64,000 bases of DNA. Source: Lytechinus pictus (lineage: Eukaryota). Position numbers and translations under genes: made by a program. Shown here piece by piece: positions 1 to 12,431 of the stretch; position 1 is the stretch's first letter, and each line of letters opens with the position of its first letter. Below the pieces are notes generated by a model. It was not told the DNA's origin and ran no database searches. It saw only the letters and a list, made by a program, of their open reading frames with translations. Location: NCBI RefSeq assembly GCF_037042905.1, contig NC_087251.1, positions 1,612,001 to 1,676,000 on the forward strand, written 5' to 3'.

Positions 1-882
1 ATTTAGCTTACTTGTATTGAGTAGTTTTCAATTTTATATGGTATAACATTGTTAAGAGTAAGCAGTTTTAGTGAGTTTGGCTTCCAAAAGTATTCAAAAT
101 TGAGTTCAATACTTGAAAATTGTCTTTTGCATATGAGTTAATAGCAATCAGAGGGGGGACGCGCGATTGACCAACCAGCCAATAACAGTGGGTGTAACGT
201 GAAAGTTGTATCTTTTATGCGGCGCCACTCACCCATGTTAATACCCCTCTTCAGCAAATTTTGAAAATGTCCAAATGTCCATTCTTAGATTTGAGAAGAA
301 AGCATTGCGAACAAGGATGAATAAATGTTTTCCATTGTTAATAAATGAAAGACATGGACATACACGTATATTCGCAGATTGATTTTCTTCATTACGAAAT
401 TATTGCAAATCAATCCCAATTAGATTAGGTTTAATAGACTCCGAACCCCTCCCTCCGAAGTTGCATATTTTTGGATTTTATTGCGGTTACATCACTGGGT
501 TCGTATCTATTAAACTGAGATTTTATCCAAAGATTGAATTAAAATTTAACAAAAGTGATAGGCCCTATTACTTTAACCAGAAAGGTCTACTTTCGTAAAT
601 AAACTATAGTGGGGAAAATTATACGGAGACTCGAACAACAATAAGAGTTGGGTGGGATCATATTTCATTCCACCTGTGACTCACTACACTACCAACCGAT
701 ACAACGGACGCCATTCCATTGCTAGCGTCCCTTGTTACGAGGATTACCATGTTCGTGTGCAGGCCAGGATCGGCTGTTTGAATTTCAGGATGTAACGTGT
801 CAATAATCGACATTTTCCCAACCGTTTTTACTGATCGCTTTCATTTCATGTGAATAATGTTCGTCATTTAGTGATCTAGGAG

Positions 883-1373
883 ATGGAATTTACCAGAGTA
901 AACAAAATGGAGCCATTTGTAACGTTTATTTCATGGATGTTCGTTTGTGTTGTTGGCCGAGCAGCCGCACAGGGATCCTTCCCGGATTTGTTCAACGCCG
1001 GGGAGGGCCGGACGATTTCGACCGAGCCTCCGGTGGGTACGTGCGGCTACAACCCCAACACGGGTGATGCTGCTCGTAGTGGATTTTGTAGGAGTTCAAC
1101 AATATCTTCCTCTGTTTCATCGTGTACAATAGCTTTATGTGATCAGTCTTGCCCAGGTAGAACTAATTTGCCATCACCAATTGGTCTTTTAAGTTCCGGT
1201 AGTTGTATAACAGAAGATTTCTCAAGTACAAGACCAAACTCTGAACCAAATGAGCCATCATATATTTTTAGAAACACTCCAGATTGTTTTTCTGCTCCTG
1301 CTGTACCAACTGTTGGTAATGATGGAAGATTAACCCTTTCTGTTTGGATTCGACCTGATGTCACCACTGATGG
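883..1373 (+). CDS. USH2A: Exon 1: signal peptide (FVTFISWMFVCVVGRAAA), N-terminal Cys region, start of LamG-like domain
   Basis: ORF from ATG 883 (alternative in-frame ATG 907); donor GG|gtaagc, phase 2. Confidence 0.88.
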
Positions 1374-1749
1374 GTAAGCATCAGAAATGGTCTTTTGAAG
1401 TCAACATGGTTTTTATGGGGGATGTGAAATCAAACCATATACATGTAGACCATAACCTTGTTCATTGAATTCCTTGAGTCCCACAATCCGATTTCAACAT
1501 TATGTCATTAATATTATCAAGCATGGTTTATAAAGATTGAGAGAGATGATTAAAAAGGAAGGTTTTAGGTACATGTATGCAACCTTTTTATTGGTCCCCA
1601 AAATACAAATTCAGCTAATGTTATATGGTAAGAAAAAACAAAATATTTTGTTTTATTTTTTGTATCTGTCACCTTGCGAGGCCTGATGTGCCACAAGTGG
1701 TTTGTGAGCCGTTAATTGAGAACAACTGAACTAGTGTATAGTACTCTTT

Positions 1750-2420
1750 TACCCTTTTTACACAGGATTTTCTTAGCCCCGGAATATTGCTAACCCCGTA
1801 CTATTCTTAACCCCGTACTATTTTTTTTTCCTTTTCACACATGCCAAATTGTTATTGCTAACCCCGGATAAGGAATGCTTGCTTTTCACACACGAAACTC
1901 GCTAACCCCGGACTAGTGGTAGCTCATGAATATTCATGAGCGCACTGAGGGGTCATTCTGGTCATATCCAAAATCGCACGCGCTTTAAATACATTTGCCG
2001 ATCATTCGTAGTACAAGTACTTCACTCGGAATTGTTTACCGGCTATACGACAGACCTAATTATTTGCTTGATTCTCATCACCTTTTCGCTGTTCATGAAT
2101 ATTCATTATGCTGACCTCTGATTGGACAACAGGGCCGGCACTGTTGCGGGGCATGAATGGGAGCGCTTAGCCCACTTTCGTTTTACACTAGCGATCTTAA
2201 CCCCGTACTATCGCTCTTAGCACCGCAATTACTGGGATAACCCTGCTTTTTGCAGGGCTAAATAATCCCGTACTAAAGGTGGGATTAGCCCACTTTGCAA
2301 AAATGCTGTGTAAAAAGAAAGTGGGCTAAGCTTAACCCGTACTATGGGTGGGGCTAAATGGCAATTTAGCCCCACCTATAGTACGGGGTTAAGGAAATTT
2401 TAGCATGTGTAAAAAGGGTA
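1750..2420. mobile_element. Non-autonomous DNA element (MITE) with internal TAACCCCGTACTA-type repeats
   Basis: Perfect 15-bp TIR TACCCTTTTTACACA / TGTGTAAAAAGGGTA; TTT on both flanks (or TA TSD); no transposase ORF. Confidence 0.8.
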
Positions 2421-4095
2421 TTTAAGTATTCTTTTTTTTATGCTGCAGAAGTGTTTAATTTTAATTTGATTTGTAATAATTTGATTTAGCCTAACTAAAT
2501 ATCTTATTTAATTCAGTTGTAATTTGATTTCTAAAATAATGCTCAGAGTTTCCATTCTTAGTGTACAGTGTATGAATATTTAACTTGTTTGTATTCTTTT
2601 ATTAGTTTGCTTTCTCCAGGGTATTTTAGCCATCAATGTATTTTATTAATATAGATGTACATGTAATACTGTGTGAATCTTTCAAATTGGTTATTTTGTG
2701 TTTATTTGATGGTAGAATATCTTGATGGAAGTGCATTTGAATTAATTTTAAATCTTAAGAAAGAGGAGAAGTTCAATTTTGCGTAAAATTTTGTTGACAC
2801 CAATGACTTGCACATGGATATATGCACATATTCACTTTAAATCTCACTCTTCTGAGATTTAAAAAGTGGATAAATGTACCTGAAGCAAAGTAAATCATTG
2901 TCATGTGGCTGTCAAAGTATATGAAAGAGAGTATTTCTTGAGATTTGCCCTTTGTCCCTGTGACTGTGTGAGCAGTTGCCGTGGAACCAGATAGCCACCA
3001 GGCTTCAGATAGCCACCAGGCTAAGACCACACATATATTCATCTGGATTTCAAAATGGGATTATACTTGTCTATTGATGTCAGATGTTAAACCACACTTT
3101 CTTTCATAATTTGTAGCATTTTAAACAGTAAAAAAAGAATATATAGCTCTGTGTCTAAAATTTCAAGTGAATATAGGGTGGGAAATGGGAATATGAAAAA
3201 ATTTGATAAAATTGCAAACCTTTTTAGCAAAGAGGACTTGATGAAGTATTATAAATCTATTGGGAAATAAAGGCATTCACACATGTGACTTTGATCAGAA
3301 TTCAATTGACCTATGTAACCGATATAGAAAACAGATTATATTACAGATACTGTAGGTTGTGAAAATAAAAAAAAAGTCTCGTTCTGCACCCATACTTGTG
3401 AAGAATCCATCAATTTGAGAATTAATATATTTTCAGTCCTATGATAATTTGTTGTAAATCATGGATTGAGACTAAATCCATGTACAGTGTACTGTCACAG
3501 ATCTGAAAGCAATGTATACCTTGGGTTTGTATATATCACTTAGACTGTACTTATTCTTTCTCTGCAAATTAATATTTGTCCCGTACACCAACGCAAAATA
3601 TGAAGTTTTCAACCTTACATCCATCTGTCCTGTAGCTTTGTTGAAAATATGTTTTTAAGTCTCCACACGAGATTTTATCTCTCAGATCAGAGGGAACTTC
3701 ATGTAGTTCAGTGGCAAATGAGACTGTTGACAGTTAAGAGTGATGTCCTATCAAATTTGCTGAGTTGGACTTTCCTCCAAATTTGTACGCTGTGTTTTAC
3801 TACCCGGTACTCATATTCTAGGCCTATATTATTTCTTTTAAAAAAAATATATAATTCAAAATAATAAAAACAAGCAGAGAGTATTTACATAGAATACTCA
3901 CAATTGTACATATGTATGTTGACGTTAAAAAAATGAACATCTCTGTCTTCTTTTTGAAAAATTCACTTTAAGGTGATGCTGTGAATTAGCAAAGACTGTT
4001 CTGTTTTATAATGAAGAAATTTTACAACATGCCACAGAAATAGCCAAAGTTATACATATTCGTAGGGTGCTAGGGGCATTAACCTTGTTGGCTTT

Positions 4096-4696
4096 TTAAA
4101 GGTCAAGTCCACCCCAGAAAAATGTTGATTTGAATAGAGAAAAATCAAACTAGCAAAACGCTGAAGCTTTCATCAAAATCGGATGTAAACTAAGAAAGTT
4201 ATGACATTTTAAAGTTTTCGCTTTTTTTTTTACAAAACAGTGATATGCGCAACTCAAATGAGACAGTCGATGATGTCCCTCACTCACTATTTCTTTTGTT
4301 TTTTATTGTTTGAATTATGAAATATTTCATTTTTTTATAGATTTGACAATAAGGACCAACTTGACTGAATCATATAGTATTAAACAATACTCATTCCACA
4401 TGTTCAGGGTGGAATCAATCGTTGTTTTACTTGACAATGAGGAGAAAAATAGAATATTCCCTATTTCATATAATAAAATACAAAAGAAATAGTGAGTGGA
4501 TGACGTCATCAGCCTCCTCATTTGCATATCCACCAGGATGTGTATATTTAATTGTTTGTTAAATTAAGCAAAACTTTAAAATGTCATAGCTTTCTTATTT
4601 TAAATCCGATTTTGATGAAATTTTCAGTGTTATGCTTGTTGGATTTTTTTCTTTTTATTAAAATCAACTTTTTGTTGTGGTGGACTTGTCTTTTAA
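4096..4696. mobile_element. Kolobok-type (TTAA/AGG) MITE with long inverted arms
   Basis: TTAA-AGGTCAAGTCCAC ... GTGGACTTGTCTT-TTAA; arms of about 200 bp; second copy at 40403. Confidence 0.85.
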
Positions 4697-4868
4697 TTTA
4701 AACCTTGACATACATGTATATTTCTCAACATACACTACACCTCACATTCTAACTAAACTGTACCTGTACATGTAGGTCACAATGCTCTTTGCCCAAATGC
4801 TACCTTTAATTTAAAAACAGTAGGAAATATCAGTTTGAGGATTTTTATCATTTTGAAAAGGTAATTTA

Positions 4869-5361
4869 TATGCTTTTCACACTGCACTTTTTTCCCTTAA
4901 CCCCAGGAAATTGGTAGGGCTAAGGGGGGGTCTTAGCCCCACCAATTTCCCGGGGTTAAGCTTAGCCCACTTTGTTTTCACACTACGTTTAAATAGCAAA
5001 GTGGGCTAGCACGGTAAATAGAACGGTACTATCTGGCCCTGCAAAAAAGCAGGGTTAGCCGGCTTATTGTGGTGCTAGCACCACAATTGCAGTGCTAAGA
5101 GGTGCAGTGTGAAATGAAACAGGGCTAAGCAAAAGTGGGGCTATAAGCATTAGCCAATCACAGAAGTCGAAATTGCATGTTAATCGCGCTCTGTATGGTA
5201 AAATCATCAATATTTATGAGCTGTGTGATTGCCCGGGGTTAAGGCGTTAACCCAGGCAAAGCAAATAGTACGGGGTTAAGAAAGACAGTGTGAATCGGAA
5301 AAAAATATATTATGGGTTTAAGGGTAGTCCAGGGTTAAGGAAATGCAGTGTGAAAAGCATA
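4869..5361. mobile_element. MITE related to 1750-2420, opposite orientation
   Basis: TIR TATGCTTTTCACACTGCA / TGCAGTGTGAAAAGCATA; shares TTAGCCCACTTT and TAGTACGGGGTTAAG motifs. Confidence 0.8.
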
Positions 5362-5378
5362 TTGGACAACCATCTGAT

Positions 5379-5670
5379 AATAATAATAATAATACAGGTA
5401 TATTTACCCAGGGAAGCCGCTTCAGTTCCGAAAACTGTTCTCCCAGCGGGCCCTGCTATTATTATTACCCCGGCTTTAGCTGGGCTACCTAGGCGCTCAA
5501 AGCATTGAAGGAATTTCTTCCTACCGGGTACCCATTCATCTCACCTGGGTTGAGTGCAGCACAGTGTGGATAAATTTCTTGCTGAAGGAAATTACGCCAT
5601 GGCTGGGATTCGAACCCATGACCCTCTGTTTCAAAGTCCGAAGACTAATCCACTGGGCCACAACGCTCCA
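5379..5670 (-). mobile_element. Full-length tRNA-derived SINE
   Basis: Minus strand shows A box TGGCCCAGTGG, B box GGTTCGAATCC, (TTA)n tail; CTGAT TSD at 5374 and 5671. Confidence 0.88.
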
Positions 5671-6345
5671 CTGATGGTTGTCATCAAGTTCTCTTGAGTC
5701 AACACTCAAGTCAAATGGGTTTGTTGAGATGGTTGATGGATGATAACTGTAAAACCAATGTGTGTTTAATATTGTAGAGCTATAAATCATCTTATATCAC
5801 TTCTATTGCTGAAAGGGAATGTCACTGTAGTAAGTAGAGCGTGGAATCTTGTAGACATTACAACCATGAAGGAATGTTCTGGTGAAATGATGTGATTTTG
5901 CACCACAATGGCTTCATGAGAAATATATTTGAATAAATATTGACTTGTATTATTTTCTCTATCTGAGAATGTCAATCAGTCTGATGTCTCCCATGATGAT
6001 GATCTCTAATACCCCTTTTTTTGGTAATTTTTTTTATTTATTTGAAACTTTATAAGGGTTATGGTAATAATTTTATTCCTTCTGTATTTGTAATGTAAAA
6101 TACAATGTACAGTGTACAGTACATCCTCTAAAGCACATTTTTATGTCATCCATAAGGTTTTAGGACATACAAATTAATGCACTGTAGTATTGTAAATGTA
6201 GTAAAGAAAAGTAGTGAAAAAACACTTTTTGGGAATTACCAAAATTAAGAAAAGATTTAAAATGATGATACTGTATGAGTACAATATGATGATAGGGATC
6301 CTCATGCGGTTGGCGCTTCTTTGTTTTTTTATATTTTTAATACAG

Positions 6346-6505
6346 TACTATAATTGAGCGAAGGTCGCCAAATAATGACATCATCTATGCACTTGTTGTA
6401 TCTTCGGCTTCTATCACATTTGATTATCGAACTGCAGAGGGCGCTAAATTTCTCCAAATTCAAACTGGCCTTCAGGTCAGTGAATGGCAGCACATTGCCG
6501 TACAG
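6346..6505 (+). CDS. USH2A: Exon 2: LamG-like (TIIERRSPNNDIIYAL...EWQHIAVQ)
   Basis: tacag| acceptor, CAG|gtaag donor, phase 2 to 0; not in the ORF track. Confidence 0.88.
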
Positions 6506-6518
6506 GTAAGTTGAATTT

Positions 6519-6604
6519 AATAATAATAATTATAACGGTATATTTACCCAGGGTGGCCACTTCAGTTCCGAAAACTGTTCTCCCAGCAGGCCCTGCTATT
6601 ATTA
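6519..6604 (-). mobile_element. 5'-truncated copy (tail only) of the SINE at 5379
   Basis: Near-identical to 5380-5465 (ggtatatttacccaggg...cttcagttccgaaaactgttctcccagc.ggccctgctattatta). Confidence 0.8.
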
Positions 6605-7458
6605 AGTTACATGTATATATTAAACATAAAAAAGTGATATCTGTTGGGTATTTAAGATTTGTGCCATTGTTAATGATAATCTCATTTTAGTTTTACTTTG
6701 GATTAATTTACAATTTTTGACTGCAAGGATATCTTTTGCCAGTGGGTTAAAGAAAATATTGGTTATGATATCCGAATCTGAGAATCTTTCCATGATACTG
6801 TTTACAAATTTTCTGAGAAAGTACTTTTCATTTATTACAAAAATATATTGCTAATACATGTATGGCATATGCATCATGAACAATTAAATTAATGCTTAAG
6901 TGCATTTAAAATAAGTTACTATTTACATGTAGGTACATGTATCTTTTTGATTGGCACAAAATAATTATAAATATGCTGGGAATCTGGTGCATGAACTGCT
7001 TTAATCAATTCTATGTACCATTTGTTGTTTAGGGAGAGCTATAGTGGAATCTGTAATTTCTGTTGTTTACTTTGACTGCTGGCGACAGCTGGGATGTTAG
7101 AATGCATGACTTTCTTTTTCTATAGTACTATTTGAATGGGTATCAGAACACTGTACACATGGGAGAAAATGTAAGCCTTGCAGGGGAAATGTACAAAAGG
7201 ATGTATTTCTACCTTTATGCAGTCAATTGCAAATAATGGGGAGATTTTCCTTTCTTTGTTAGAATGCTATCATTTTCCATAATTTTATTTAGATTAATTG
7301 TTAGAAGGAATTGTGCATACATTTAAATGCTGAATTTGCACTTGTATCAGTTGTATGCAATGGTTTAGGCCTACATCTGGTTTTCCACTCTGAACCATCA
7401 CATTTATAGCATGTACACTGTACAGTATTGACTTACCGTATTGCTTTTGTTCATGTAG

Positions 7459-7591
7459 GTGTTTGGAACAAAGGCTAGTATTTTCATTGATGGTTTAGAG
7501 GTAGATGGTACACCGTTTGAAACCATGAACCTCCAAGGTGAAATCATTGATGACAGCAACGGTCAGACAAGGACTGGTCAGAGAATATCAG
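7459..7591 (+). CDS. USH2A: Exon 3: LamG-like (VFGTKASIFIDGLEVDGTPF...)
   Basis: tgtag| ... G|gtaaaa, phase 0 to 1. Confidence 0.9.
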
Positions 7592-9999
7592 GTAAAATCT
7601 TTTTTTTTTAAGACAAGTTCTGGTCATATGATTGAAATGAAACTGTTTCTTTAATTCACTCATGAATCACATTCACGAAATCAAATTCAACTCCAGAGGT
7701 GAATTCCAGTTAAGTTTCACTCAAATTACGGTACAAATTTTGCGTCTGAAAGGCTTTACCTCCAAAACATCTTTTGAGGGGGCGGAGATTACATGACCTT
7801 TCAAGCACTTCCGTATTGTCATGCACTCATCATAGTTTGTATTTGCGATACAGTGCTTTGATTGACAAGTCACCAAGGACATATACTGCCTTCGCTCAGG
7901 GAATTCGAATTCAAATCACAGTTTTCAAGTGAGCATATGAAAGGTCTGATGATTCTAAAGATGAATTGCAATCATTATTACAATGATGATTCAAGATTCA
8001 CATGTGAAAAGACCCCTAGTGAAATGCAAACTAAAATACATCCACGGGATTATCCACTAAAATTTGGTTGCAGCGGACCTTTGTTCATATATTTATTTAT
8101 TTATATATTCATATTCCACAAATCCTCAAAGTACATTTCGTAATGAATCATTTTTACAATGAAAAGAAGATGCATCAACTGCATAACACATGCAGGATTG
8201 AAACGTACCAATGAAATGATTAAAGTGGAGGGGCCTACTGAAAAGCAAAGCTTCATATGTACTAGTGTAGATCATGGTGTTCCCCATGGATATTATCTTT
8301 CACCCTTCATATTCACTTGACTAATTGTGAATAGGCCTACAATATGTTCACAATAAAACATAGTTTCGTAACATAGTGTATGTACATATTGTACATGTAA
8401 ATATGGGGAGCAATTAATGCTAGGTCAATGCAGGGAGGTACCATGTGGTCACACTCATTCACAAATTTTGACTTTCAGGGGGCTCATGAAAAATCTTAAT
8501 AAGCAAAGTTTTTGTGAAATAATCACTTTTAGTATTCCAACACTTGTTTAGTTGATACGTGTACCTTTAATAACACACTTCTTACATGTATATCCATCAT
8601 TGTCTATTTCAAGTTGTGCAAAGTTGATACATGTGTGCATTGTAACTTGAATAGTACCATGTGAACATGGCTGTCAGCAGTCTACCCCCTGGGTGTACAG
8701 ATTGCATAGATGAAGTGATGAAGAATATATTATCCATTCATCATTCATCTACATGTACTAAGCCATTGGTGTCTACAGTGTCTACCTTACATTTCCTTGG
8801 AGAAAAGAATGATGAGAATGGAAATACTCCCACTTACTATATTTCTTTGTCTGCCAGATCATGCCAGTTTATTCCAACATTTACTAAAGAATGATATACT
8901 TCCACCCACTCTCTTTCCTTTTTTGGTCTGTGTATAAGTACATGGATTTCTTGCCAGAGTGGGTTGATAGGGATTTTTATTTTCAGTTGGATGGGCAAAA
9001 TGTTTCCATCTCATCATGCATGTATTTTTATAAAAAGAAGGAATTTAATAAGAATGGGAAACTTTCACCCACTTTCTGACTTTTTCTGCCAGTATAGGCC
9101 TAATGTGAAGTACTTTTCTTGACAAAGTGGACCAAGTATTTATAATAGCTTTATCTTACTCTATATTAATGAAAATATAATTGGCCTAGTTAGTTACTGA
9201 CCAATACTAAGTCACTTTGATGAATGAATTCTTACAAGATAATAATATTTGGTGAAACTTAAAAAAAAATACAATGCATGCAAACTTTGACAAATCAGAT
9301 TGATAGGAAAAAAATTACCTTTTCTGATTTTATTTGTAGATCTAAATTATATCAAACATTCAATAGGCCTTATTACACGATGCAGATGTTTTGCTTATGT
9401 TCATACATAATCTTTTATGTATCAAATTCTGGTTTGAATTTGAGCATAAATATCTAAAATCGAAAAGAAAAATTGAAAGTTGACATGTCTTTGAATTGCC
9501 TGCCTATTATGGCATAGGCAGCTATTGTTCACTCTCTCAGAGTCAGTATCTCTTGGGGATAAGCTGTCTAGTCCAATTTGCTTTGTACTATGACTATCAG
9601 TGCTTACAATCTCAAGTCCTAGTGATGAAGCACAGTAAGCCCCGTGTAAGACATAAACCTGTGTTGCATATCATTTGAGGAGAAAAACATGATCTTTAAA
9701 AGACCTGGAATTTCCACCTTCGAAATGCCTTGATGTTACTTTAAAGAAAATTTAATAAAAAACAAAACAAAACAAGAGATTACTCCCGAAAGAATAGAAT
9801 TTGTAAATTGAAAATGTATCCCTATGAAGACAGAATGCACAATACAAAGTACATCTGAACACTACAGTACATTATACTAATTATATTAAGAAGCTTTTGT
9901 TTCTGCGAATTGGTGTCAGATCTTGTAATTTACATATGTAGGCAACCGAAAAAAATACATTTATTTTTTGAATATCTTGAATGTGTCACTATTTCACAG

Positions 10000-10165
10000 G
10001 AACGGATCAGTTTGTTGGCAGGATGCAAGATCTGAATTTCTATCAGGTAACTTTGACCAATCGTGAAATAGAGGAACTAGCAACAGGAACATTCCCTCAG
10101 CTCCATGTCCAATCGAACTGTAGGTGTCCAGACAGTCATCCAAGAGTGAATCCACTAGAGGAAAG
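10000..10165 (+). CDS. USH2A: Exon 4: end of LamG-like, start of laminin N-terminal domain
   Basis: cacag| TDQFVGRMQD...NPLEER AG|gtatg. Confidence 0.93.
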
Positions 10166-10398
10166 GTATGATTGGAACTGTACATCAATAGATAGGCCTT
10201 CTTCTTAAAATTGATATTTATGTCCAGTTGGACTCTAGGTCAGACGTGCCTGAATTTTCTGATCAGGTAAAGGTTTGGATGGGTGAACCGTTGTAATTAC
10301 ACAATGATTTGTCTCTCAAATCTTATGTCCGATTAGAATATCCTGGCCCCTCTGCCCTAGGTTTCCATGTATGTCTTGACGATCATCATAAGATGAAC

Positions 10399-11143
10399 CA
10401 TGGACCTATGAAGAGATGGACATTCATCGCTTACTTAATGAATTCACTAACAGGTGACTGTAATTGTCCTCTGAATAACATTCTCTTCATACTAGTCTTC
10501 TTTGGTTCAATGATCGTCACCGTGAGAAGGGACGGAAGCAGTTCGTGACTGGACATTTATATTTCACAAATTATATGCGCAATAGACAACAAATCACTTA
10601 AATCATGGAAAATCGATGTGCAGTTCTTTTTTACATTTGGTAATCTTAGTTCCATGTGTTTTATTTGGGGAAATGTCTTCATATTGTAATATAGAGGCAA
10701 TACTGTATTGTGATTGATTGTTTACCATTTAAAATTTAATTTTCCGAAGTTTCTCCATAATATTCCAGATATACGTGGTACATAACATTTATAGATCGTG
10801 TATCTCTCAATGTTATTGAGGTCCTTATGTGTGAGCGGTAGTTAGCGGATCGAATAATATCATATTTTATATCATAAAGATCGTCTGCTTTTCAAGTTTG
10901 CTGCTCCAAATATGAAGCATGTTGACTGAAAGGCACATGCTGAAACAGGGTATCAGCCAACAAAAATCAAGACCGGGAAACTGTTCCGTCTTTGGGTGAT
11001 CAGATACGTCTTGGTAGTCATGGTAATTGCTATTGTTACAACACCTGTATGTTCTCATTAAGATGCGCATAACCAGGCGACGGTGACTATCATTGGACCA
11101 AAGAATTGCTCGCGTTAATCGTCCATCTCTTCATAGGTCCATG
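10399..11143. mobile_element. P-element-like non-autonomous DNA transposon
   Basis: Perfect 23-bp TIR CATGGACCTATGAAGAGATGGAC; 7-bp TSD GATGAAC at 10392 and 11144. Confidence 0.85.
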
Positions 11144-11633
11144 GATGAACCCACTGAGTTCTTGATGTATGTTGAAAGGTGTATTAATGTTGAATCCTGA
11201 CTGTAGGTGTCCTTGCAGTCATCATGAGGTGAAATTGTTGGGATGAGTAGGACCCTAACCATGTGCTTTCATACCAATGTCCTATTAGCCATCTTAACGC
11301 GAAGCCACTGGAGCCACAATGAAGCAACATGCTTTTTGATATTCTTTAAAAGAATACAAAGGGTCCAAGTCTGGTCTTACTATGGGACAATCATTTTTTT
11401 TTCAACTGGAACCTAGGGTACAGAGCCTAGAAATTGCATCCTTCAGCGGTCAATATGTGAGTGTTGTGAAGAAAAAAAAATGGCAGAAGTCCTTACACTA
11501 TCACTCCATATATGAGAAATCATCAGGAAACTTATGAATAATTAACAAGTTTGTAATATACTGTAAGTATTATTTGATTACTTGTAATTTCCATCTCAAG
11601 CACTTTGATCATCTTTACCTCCTTCATGTATAG

Positions 11634-11811
11634 GTATTGCTTAAAGAACGGAGAGCCAGATACATCAGCAGATCAGATCAGTCGTCTGAATCAAGACAGT
11701 CATCCCTTAGAGTTTGCTAATGATGGTGATTTAGGAAGTTACTGGGTATCTACTCTGACCAATGGTAGAAGTATCACAGTGGACATTGATCTAGGGAGCA
11801 GAGAGTATCAG
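11634..11811 (+). CDS. USH2A: Exon 5: laminin N-terminal domain
   Basis: tatag| YCLKNGEPD...SREYQ |gtagg. Confidence 0.93.
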
Positions 11812-12243
11812 GTAGGTGTGATTTGAGTCCATCCACCCTTCCTGAGTTTTCCACTTTTTATTATTTCACGTTGTTATTAGTCCATACAATGCATGATGGC
11901 TTGGTGGTAGAGTGCCTTCCTCTTGAATGGAAGTTCTTAGGTTCATTCCTTTACTAAGTTATACAAAATACTTTCCATAGGTAAATATGCACATTCTCAC
12001 TAGAAGTGTGCAATAGGGCTCGATAGGGAAGAGTTGTTATTTTATTTACTCTTGTCTTGATGGATAAAACTTCAAATGTTGACTTGAATTGAGGATTGGC
12101 TGTTGATCCTTTGCAGTATGTGATAGTTTGATGATGCAGTCCCAGCACTCTGGGCACAATATAATTACTCTAATCCGCAAGTTTCAAAGATATGCATAAC
12201 AAGTAAACTTTCTTTCTTATCTTTATCTTTGATATTCTCCCAG

Positions 12244-12431
12244 GTGTTCTATGTAGTGCTACAGTTCTACAGCCCTCAGCCTATAAATCTGACCATCTCT
12301 CATCGCAGCGATAGCTCGTCTCCTTGGCAGGTTTGGCAATACTATGCCCAAGACTGTCAGAGTGGGTTTGGATTGGATAATAATGGAGACCTGGACACAC
12401 CAACATCAGTCAACTGCATTCAGTTTCCAAG
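12244..12431 (+). CDS. USH2A: Exon 6: laminin N-terminal domain
   Basis: cccag| VFYVVLQFYSPQP...WQYYAQDC AG|gtaat. Confidence 0.93.

Noticed and set aside
140..760. Promoter elements (CCAAT-like words at about 143-185, X-box-like GTTACGAGGATTAC at 734)
   Set aside because: Weak matches and the transcription start is unknown.
11893..11950. tRNA-like fragment
   Set aside because: Too decayed; probably an old SINE head with no cloverleaf.
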